From: a virus
Taxonomy: Duplodnaviria; Heunggongvirae; Uroviricota; Caudoviricetes
Length of the DNA stretch: 4,277 nucleotides
Direction: 5' to 3' (one strand)
Virus record (IMG/VR): IMGVR_UViG_2734482566_000010
This document shows positions 1 to 4,277 of this stretch, piece after piece. Below the pieces are notes generated by a model. The model was not told where the DNA came from, made no database searches, and worked only from the letters and a program-made list of their open reading frames with translations. Every line of letters starts with the position of its first letter. Within the stretch, counting starts at the first letter, position 1. Both the position numbers and the translations under genes were made by a program.

Positions 1-75
1 GCGGACAGCATCAGTAACGAAAGTATTTAGCGGGCATGAAAATGGCAAATAACGGTCAAACATCGTGGCGTTGAC

Positions 76-140
76 ACAATTGCGATCTTTTCCTGTGTGG
101 TACGCCGTCTGCGTTTCTCCGGCCCTAAGACATCAATCAT
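76..140 (-). pseudogene. IS2 orfA (InsC-like) 5' fragment; reads [22 protein letters not shown] then diverges and stops at 26-28
   Basis: Minus-strand ATG at 138-140 followed by the characteristic IS2 OrfA N-terminus; frame leaves IS2 homology after ~22 codons. Confidence 0.6.
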
Positions 141-231
141 CTGTACTCCAATGACTAGTCTAAAAACTAGTATTAAGACTATCACTTATTTAAGTGATAC
201 TGGTTGTCTGGAGATTCAGGGGGCCAGTCTA
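76..231 (-). mobile_element. IS2 left-end fragment (terminal inverted repeat plus first ~22 codons of orfA), truncated at ~76
   Basis: Reverse complement of 76-231 matches my recollection of the IS2 left end (TAGACTGGCCCCCTGAATCTCCAGACAACC...ATGATTGATGTCTTAGGGCCGGAGAAACGCAGACGGCGTACC...) with one or two mismatches. Similarity stops after GCAATTGT; 1-75 is unrelated sequence. Confidence 0.8.
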
Positions 232-351
232 CGGACATTTTCTGCCTGTGGACCAGGAAAGTGCACGGGTGCTTTCCACTCCCATGAAGCCCGGCAATCC
301 GCGCAGATACAGTAATAAACGAACTGACAGCAGTAAGATGGAGCGTTTCTT

Positions 352-609
352 TTGAACAACCAGACAATGACTTTTACCCCTGAACAATTGCGTAAACACG
401 CGCAGGAAATGCTGCGTCATGCTGAACAACTCGAAAAAACGGGCATAACAAAAGACGCTATCCGTAAAGATATGGTACCCGCGCTTCGGGAACTGATGCA
501 GGCGAAGCATCGCGCACAGAAAGCAGTAGATGAGCTGGTGGACTGTGTGGCAGAGCTGGAAACCAGAGTCGGAAAGTTTGAAAAACTGGTGCAGGAGGTG
601 CTGCGCTGA
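352..609 (+). CDS. hypothetical phage protein (85 aa, helical/coiled-coil-like, no Cys motif)
   Basis: ORF with TTG start at 352 preceded by GGAG at 340-343 (alternative ATG at 367). Stop TGA 607-609 overlaps the rusA ATG at 609-611, indicating translational coupling. No family recognised. Confidence 0.6.
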   Translation: MNNQTMTFTPEQLRKHAQEMLRHAEQLEKTGITKDAIRKDMVPALRELMQAKHRAQKAVDELVDCVAELETRVGKFEKLVQEVLR

Positions 610-983
610 TGCGCCATGAGTTTATTTTACCTTATCCGCCGACGGTGAATACTTACTGGCGACGTCGTGACAACACATATTTTGTATCAAAAGCCGGTGA
701 GCGTTATCGCCGGGATGTGGCGCTTATTGTCCGTCAGCAGCGACTGAAATTAAGCCTGTCCGGAAGACTGGCGATAAAGATTATTGCAGAGCCACCGGAT
801 AAGCGCCGTCGTGACCTGGACAATATCCTGAAAGCACCACTGGATGCACTGACACATGCGGGAGTGTTAATGGACGATGAGCAGTTTGATGAAATCAATA
901 TCGTTCGTGGTCAGCCAGTATCTGGTGGACGTCTGGGGGTGAAGATTTACCCCATAATGCATGAAGAGCAGGTCAAAAAATGA
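609..983 (+). CDS. rusA: RusA-family crossover junction endodeoxyribonuclease (Holliday junction resolvase), 124 aa
   Basis: Strong AGGAGG at 593-598, 10 nt before the ATG. Protein shows the RusA signature LPYPP..N.Y, VS..G..YR, PD.RRRDLDN (catalytic Asp pair), DAL..AG...DD.Q and GGRL, collinear with E. coli RusA as I recall it. Confidence 0.9.
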   Translation: MRHEFILPYPPTVNTYWRRRDNTYFVSKAGERYRRDVALIVRQQRLKLSLSGRLAIKIIAEPPDKRRRDLDNILKAPLDALTHAGVLMDDEQFDEINIVRGQPVSGGRLGVKIYPIMHEEQVKK

Positions 984-1801
984 AACTGGAAGATTTACCG
1001 AAATACTACTCCCCAAAATCCCCTTGCCTGACCGATGCATCGGCCTCAACGTCAAAAGATGCGCTGAGTATCACTGATGTGATGGCCGCGCAGGGCATGA
1101 CACAGAATCGGGCTGAGATGGGGTTTTCTGCGTTCCTGGGGAAAATGGGCATCAGTATGAATGACAGGGCGCGGGCAACAGAATTACTGGCAGATTATGC
1201 ACTCAGTCGGTGCGATCGTGTGGCGGCGTTGAGAAAACTTCCGGCAGAAATAAAACCGGTAGTGATGCGCATTATGGCTTCGTACGCTTTTGAGGATTAT
1301 GCCCGCAGCGCAGCGAGTAAAAAGCAGTGCCCTTGTTGCTATGGGGAAAAATTTATTGAAAGCGTAGTTTTTACAAACAAGGTCCAGTATCCGGATGGTA
1401 AGCCGCCGGTATGGGCAAAGTGTACGAAAGGTGTGTATCCGTCTTACTGGGAAGAATGGAAAAAAGTCAGGGAGGTGGTAAAAGTTGCCTGTCCGGAGTG
1501 TGGCGGAAAGGGTGAGGTTTCCACCGCCTGTAAGGATTGCCGTGGGCGTGGTGTCGCCATTCATCGTGAAGAGTCGGTAAAACGTGGTATGCCTGTTATC
1601 AGAGACTGCCAGCGTTGTGGTGGTCGTGGCTATGAAAGACTACCATCAACGGAGGCATTTAATGCTATATGCGAGGTGACAAACCAGATAACACGCGCGT
1701 CATGGGAAAAAACAGTTAAGAAATTTTATGATGCGCTGGTGACCCGGTTTGATATTGAAGAAGCATGGGCTGAGCGGCAGTTAAAAAAGGTAACTAGGTA
1801 A
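980..1801 (+). CDS. Q: Late-gene antitermination protein Q (lambda Q family), 273 aa, with expanded Cys-rich central module
   Basis: ATGA overlap with the rusA stop. N-terminus (..SPKSP....TDVMAA.GM....FGK...S.ND...) and C-terminus (CxDCxGxG...CxRCxGxGY.R.P.....W..TVK..YDALV......V.R) align with lambda Q as I recall it. Followed immediately by a PR'-like promoter. Confidence 0.85.
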   Translation: MKLEDLPKYYSPKSPCLTDASASTSKDALSITDVMAAQGMTQNRAEMGFSAFLGKMGISMNDRARATELLADYALSRCDRVAALRKLPAEIKPVVMRIMASYAFEDYARSAASKKQCPCCYGEKFIESVVFTNKVQYPDGKPPVWAKCTKGVYPSYWEEWKKVREVVKVACPECGGKGEVSTACKDCRGRGVAIHREESVKRGMPVIRDCQRCGGRGYERLPSTEAFNAICEVTNQITRASWEKTVKKFYDALVTRFDIEEAWAERQLKKVTR

Positions 1802-1806
1802 CAAGG

Positions 1807-1846
1807 TTGATTTTTCCGGAATCTGTGGTAAATTCGTTATAACGAT
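1807..1846 (+). promoter_or_regulatory. Late promoter PR' with Q-utilisation pause element (-35 TTGATT 1807-1812, -10 TAAATT 1829-1834, AACGAT 1841-1846)
   Basis: 16-bp spacer. The -10 hexamer and the downstream ACGATGGG with 7-nt spacing are identical to lambda PR' and its sigma70-dependent pause site as I recall them. Sits directly after Q. Confidence 0.75.
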
Positions 1847-1881
1847 GGGCGTTTTATGCCTGACGTTAGAAGAGTTTCTAC

Positions 1882-1905
1882 AACCCGCCGCCGAGCGGGT
1901 TTTTT
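1882..1905 (+). terminator. Intrinsic terminator (tR'-like) ending a short PR' leader transcript of about 65 nt
   Basis: Stem AACCCGC (1882-1888) / GCGGGTT (1895-1901), loop CGCCGA, T-run 1900-1905. Confidence 0.7.
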
Positions 1906-2025
1906 ATGACTGAAATCGCGTCAGTACAGTAAACGCGCTGGTGGCGGTGAATACCTGTCTTTCAGCTTGCTGGCTTTTTCGACAAGAGTTATTGGTGTGT
2001 CACGTTAACCGGAAAAGGAAAAGAC

Positions 2026-2223
2026 ATGCTAAAACAGCAGGATATGACAGAAACCGCCAGAGTGGTGTTTAATGAATTAAGCGTTACCGAACCGGCGACA
2101 GTCGGGGAGATAGCGCAGAATACTTACCTTTCACGCGAACGCTGCCAGTTAATACTGACCCAGCTGGTTATGGCGGGTCTGGCAGACTATCAGTTCGGTT
2201 GTTACAGACGCCTTCCGCAGTGA
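2026..2223 (+). CDS. small hypothetical protein (65 aa), putative helix-turn-helix DNA-binding protein
   Basis: ATG 2026 preceded by AAGGA at 2015-2019 (6-nt spacer). Segment ATVGEIAQNTYLSRERCQLILTQLVMAGL resembles an HTH/winged-helix recognition unit. Stop codon lies inside a terminator hairpin. Confidence 0.5.
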   Translation: MLKQQDMTETARVVFNELSVTEPATVGEIAQNTYLSRERCQLILTQLVMAGLADYQFGCYRRLPQ

Positions 2224-2233
2224 AGGCTTTTTT
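2210..2233 (+). terminator. Intrinsic terminator overlapping the stop codon of the 65-aa ORF
   Basis: Perfect 6-bp stem GCCTTC (2210-2215) / GAAGGC (2222-2227), loop CGCAGT, followed by TTTTTT at 2228-2233. Confidence 0.7.
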
Positions 2234-2250
2234 ATTTGTGGTAAATGGGC

Positions 2251-2281
2251 GGCTGGTGGGTGTTAGGGGCACCCACCAGCC
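2251..2281. repeat. 12-bp perfect inverted repeat (GGCTGGTGGGTG / CACCCACCAGCC) with 7-nt spacer
   Basis: Arms 2251-2262 and 2270-2281 are exact reverse complements. No U-tract follows on either strand, so it is not an intrinsic terminator. Confidence 0.6.
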
Positions 2282-2393
2282 ATCTGCTCATGCGTTGGGT
2301 TCACAAGCAAACCTCAGGCCCACTGCTTTGCGCAAAAGCAGAATGAGCCTATCAGAGACAGGCTTAATGATCCATGCTTAATACTGTAAAAAT

Positions 2394-2683
2394 NNNNNNN
2401 NNNNNNNNNNNNNNNNNNNNNNNNNNNNNNNNNNNNNNNNNNNNNNNNNNNNNNNNNNNNNNNNNNNNNNNNNNNNNNNNNNNNNNNNNNNNNNNNNNNN
2501 NNNNNNNNNNNNNNNNNNNNNNNNNNNNNNNNNNNNNNNNNNNNNNNNNNNNNNNNNNNNNNNNNNNNNNNNNNNNNNNNNNNNNNNNNNNNNNNNNNNN
2601 NNNNNNNNNNNNNNNNNNNNNNNNNNNNNNNNNNNNNNNNNNNNNNNNNNNNNNNNNNNNNNNNNNNNNNNNNNNNNNNNNNN
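2394..2683. other. Run of 290 N (assembly gap or masked sequence)
   Basis: Directly visible. Nothing inside can be annotated; ORF-track segments translated as X are artefacts. Confidence 1.
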
Positions 2684-3475
2684 GAAATCATGATGCGTGA
2701 ACGCTTCAGTGTGCTGAACCATATTATCTGGGCGAAGCCGTCCGGACGCTGGAACGGATGCAACAAGGAAAGCCTGCGGGCGTATTTCCCCGCCACAGAG
2801 CGCATTCTGTTCGCGGAACATTATCAGGGGCCGTATCGTCCGAAAGATGCCGGGTATGCGGCGAAGGGCAGTGCACTGAAACAGCATGTGATGGCCCCGC
2901 TGATTTCTTACTTTCGTGATGCGCGAGCTGCCCTGGGGATAACGGCAAAACAGATTGCAGATGCCACAGGAAAGAAAAACATGGTGTCGCACTGGTTCAG
3001 TGCCGGTCAGTGGCAGTTGCCGAATGAAAGCGATTATCTGAAATTACAGGCGCTGTTTGCCCGGGTGGCAGAAGAGAAGCATCGGCGTGGTGAACTGGAA
3101 AAGCTCCACCACCAGCTGGTGGATACGTATACCTCACTGAACCGGCAGTATGCGGAGCTGCTGAGTGAATATAAACATCTGCGGCGGTATTTTGGCGTGA
3201 CGGTGCAGGTGCCGTATACCGATGTGTGGACGCATAAACCGGTGCAGTTCTATCCCGGGAAACATCCGTGCGAAAAACCGGCAGAAATGCTGCAGCAGAT
3301 AATCAGCGCTAGCAGTCGTCCGGGTGACCTGATTGCAGATTTTTTCATGGGGTTGGGTTCGACAGTGAAAGCGGCACTGGCGCTCGGGCGTCGTGCAATT
3401 GGCGTTGAGCTGGAGACTGAACGTTTTGAGCAGACGGTTCGGGAAGTACAGGATTTAGTCAGCCAGAACGGATGA
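2684..3475 (+). CDS. DNA methyltransferase, beta-class N6-adenine/N4-cytosine type (N6_N4_Mtase-like), 5' end lost in the N-run
   Basis: C-terminal HPCEKPAEMLQQIISASSRPGDLIADFFMGLGSTVKAALALGRRAIGVELE matches the HP.xKP...GD.V.DPF.GSGTT...LGR..IG.E SAM-binding block (motif X + motif I) of beta-class MTases. N-terminal visible part has the IIWAKP motif. No DPPY-type catalytic motif in the visible 261 aa, so it must lie upstream in the gap. Frame is open from the first non-N base. Confidence 0.8.
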   Translation, partial: EIMMRERFSVLNHIIWAKPSGRWNGCNKESLRAYFPATERILFAEHYQGPYRPKDAGYAAKGSALKQHVMAPLISYFRDARAALGITAKQIADATGKKNMVSHWFSAGQWQLPNESDYLKLQALFARVAEEKHRRGELEKLHHQLVDTYTSLNRQYAELLSEYKHLRRYFGVTVQVPYTDVWTHKPVQFYPGKHPCEKPAEMLQQIISASSRPGDLIADFFMGLGSTVKAALALGRRAIGVELETERFEQTVREVQDLVSQNG

Positions 3476-3477
3476 TA

Positions 3478-3506
3478 TTGAAGAATTAATTACGCGTCGT
3501 TATTAT
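3478..3506 (+). promoter_or_regulatory. Putative sigma70 promoter for the tRNA array (-35 TTGAAG 3478-3483, -10 TATTAT 3501-3506)
   Basis: 17-bp spacer; -10 lies about 10 nt upstream of the first tRNA 5' end. Confidence 0.5.
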
Positions 3507-3515
3507 GCGGCTCCC

Positions 3516-3591
3516 GGCCCTTTAGCTCAGTGGTGAGAGCGAGCGACTCATAATCGCCAGGTCGCTGGTTCAAATCCAGCAAGGGCCACCA
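3516..3591 (+). tRNA. tRNA-Ile2 (anticodon CAU, ileX/ileZ-like; formally CAU could also be Met)
   Basis: Hand-folded cloverleaf: 7-bp acceptor GGCCCTT/AAGGGCC, D-arm GCTC..GAGC, anticodon loop CTCATAA (CAT at 3549-3551), T-arm GCTGG-TTCAAAT-CCAGC, encoded CCA. Close to E. coli ileX as I recall it. Confidence 0.85.
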
Positions 3592-3598
3592 TCACATA

Positions 3599-3675
3599 CC
3601 GCCATTAGCTCATCAGGAAAGAGCGCCAGCCTTCGAAGCTGGCTGCGCGGGGTTCAAGTCCCCGATGGCGGTCCA
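3599..3675 (+). tRNA. tRNA-Arg (anticodon UCG)
   Basis: Acceptor CCGCCAT/ATGGCGG (7 perfect bp), U8, D-arm GCTC..GAGC, anticodon stem CCAGC/GCTGG with loop CTTCGAA (TCG at 3633-3635), T-arm CGGGG-TTCAAGT-CCCCG, encoded CCA. Confidence 0.8.
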
Positions 3676-3688
3676 TTATCTGCATCAT

Positions 3689-3746
3689 GCGTTGTTAGCT
3701 CAGCCGGACAGAGCAATTGCCTTCTAAGCAATCGGTCACTGGTTCG
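3689..3746 (+). tRNA. tRNA-Arg (anticodon UCU, argU/argO-like), 3'-truncated after GGTTCG of the T-loop; probable pseudo-tRNA
   Basis: Acceptor 5' strand GCGTTGT, D-arm and anticodon arm ATTGC-CTTCTAA-GCAAT are intact (TCT at 3723-3725) and homologous to argU up to GGTTCG. No complementary T-stem 3' strand, no ACAACGC acceptor 3' strand and no CCA downstream. Confidence 0.6.
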
Positions 3747-3766
3747 CTTTTGCGGGCCTTTTTTTT
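3741..3766 (+). terminator. Intrinsic terminator built on the remnant T-arm of the truncated tRNA
   Basis: Stem GGTTCGC (3741-3747) / GCGGGCC (3752-3758), 7 bp with two G-U pairs, loop TTTT, then an 8-T run at 3759-3766. Confidence 0.6.
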
Positions 3767-3963
3767 AAATGTCTCACAATTCAGACGGTTGACAGTTGTC
3801 TGTTTTGCGGGGAGTTTGTTAAAAGAAACTGGCATGGTGAATCCCCCTGTGCGGAGGGGCAATCAGCGAGTAGGTATATGGGATAATCGCGGATTCAGGT
3901 GCTGGTACTGAATTCACCGGGAGGCACCCGGCATCATGCAATGGCACATAGCGCCACTCTCCA

Positions 3964-3986
3964 GCCCTCTCCGGAGGGGCTTTTCT
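3964..3986 (+). terminator. Putative intrinsic terminator ending a possible small RNA
   Basis: GC-rich palindrome CCCTCTCCGGAGGGG followed by CTTTTCTG. Confidence 0.45.
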
Positions 3987-4170
3987 GTGCCGGATACATC
4001 ACAGTTTCTGGAACCTTAGGTACTACAGTATCAGTCAGGGTGCTATATTTTCAGATGTGATGAAAGCCTGTCAGCAGGCAGGGCGTATCGGAAATGACCC
4101 AGTAGAGAAAACGTTGACTCAGATACCGGTGCTGAGTTACCGGGAAACCGGCATCACATGACCGCTATCC

Positions 4171-4277
4171 TGAGGTGTACTGGCAATAGCGGACACTACC
4201 ATTTGTTCTTTTTTTAAGCAGCCATCTGATGATATTTTTCCCTGAAGGCTGCCGGGGAGATATTCCCCAGACGAGAG
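4171..4277 (-). mobile_element. IS3-family insertion sequence, right end (IRR), continuing beyond the window
   Basis: Terminal sequence TGAGGTGTACTGGCAATAGCGGACAC has the TG...CA terminus and the GCAATAG.GGACAC core resembling IS3 inverted repeats. A transposase C-terminus is encoded just inside it on the minus strand. Confidence 0.7.
4214..4277 (-). CDS. IS3-family transposase (OrfB) C-terminal fragment, partial at window edge
   Basis: Minus-strand frame reads ...SRLGNISPAAFREKYHQMAA then stop (4214-4216). The LG..SP..F motif is typical of IS3-family DDE transposase C-termini. Stop lies 43 bp inside the IR terminus. Confidence 0.65.
   Translation of the reverse strand, partial: SRLGNISPAAFREKYHQMAA

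Noticed and set aside
97-510. ORFs 97-315 (+), 182-367 (-) and 229-510 (-)
   Set aside because: They run across the IS2 terminus at 231 or antisense to the 85-aa gene start; chimeric frames with no RBS support.
417-1564. Minus-strand ORFs 417-617, 867-1055 and 1184-1564
   Set aside because: Fully antisense to the coupled + strand genes (85-aa ORF, rusA, Q), which have family-level support; the antisense frames have none.
2251-2281. 12-bp inverted repeat as a rho-independent terminator
   Set aside because: No U-tract follows on either strand, so it is recorded as a repeat or possible binding site instead.
2199-2381. ORF 2199-2381 (+), 60 aa
   Set aside because: Starts inside the upstream gene and terminator and runs through the 12-bp palindrome; sequence is low complexity and Arg/Ala-rich; no RBS.
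2724-2948. Minus-strand ORF 2724-2948 (74 aa)
   Set aside because: Antisense inside the methyltransferase gene; no motif or RBS.
2314-2992. ORF-track entries 2314-2805 (-), 2374-2700 (+) and 2378-2992 (-) with long runs of X
   Set aside because: They exist only because the N-run contains no stop codons; the non-N parts are antisense to the methyltransferase or cross the palindrome region. MLNTVK at 2374 could be a real start only if the gap length is not exact.
3789-3818. Promoter starting from the TTGACA hexamer at 3789-3794
   Set aside because: No acceptable -10 hexamer at 16-19 bp spacing (GAGTTT/AGTTTG).
3717-3911. ORF 3717-3911 (+), 64 aa
   Set aside because: Begins inside the tRNA-Arg(UCU) remnant and spans the terminator T-run; no RBS.
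3767-4170. Shiga toxin or other toxin gene downstream of the tRNA array
   Set aside because: Looked for specifically because of the Q-tRNA context. No ORF of suitable size, no signal-peptide-like start, and no resemblance to the stxA 5' end as I recall it. Short ATG frames here (25-39 aa) lack RBSs and are not hydrophobic toxin-like peptides.
1-4277. CRISPR array or tandem direct repeats
   Set aside because: No repeated spacer-repeat periodicity anywhere in the window; the only notable repeats are inverted (hairpins, IS termini).

Overview
This window reads as an IS-bracketed fragment of a lambdoid prophage late-control region on the + strand, not as chromosomal core. From left to right: a truncated IS2 left end (76-231, minus orientation); three translationally coupled genes, namely an 85-aa hypothetical protein, the RusA Holliday-junction resolvase and a lambda-type Q antiterminator; a late promoter PR' with the lambda-like AACGAT pause element and a short tR' terminator; a 65-aa HTH-like small ORF followed by its own intrinsic terminator and a 12-bp perfect inverted repeat; a 290-nt run of N (2394-2683) that hides the 5' end of a beta-class DNA methyltransferase gene (visible part 2684-3475); a sigma70-like promoter driving a tRNA array of tRNA-Ile(CAU), tRNA-Arg(UCG) and a 3'-truncated tRNA-Arg(UCU) whose T-arm is replaced by a terminator hairpin; about 400 bp of ORF-free, hairpin-rich DNA; and the right end of an IS3-family element (4171 to window end, minus orientation). 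No lysis or toxin genes are present where a lambdoid late operon would normally carry them. All calls are by eye and from recalled family sequences; no searches were run.
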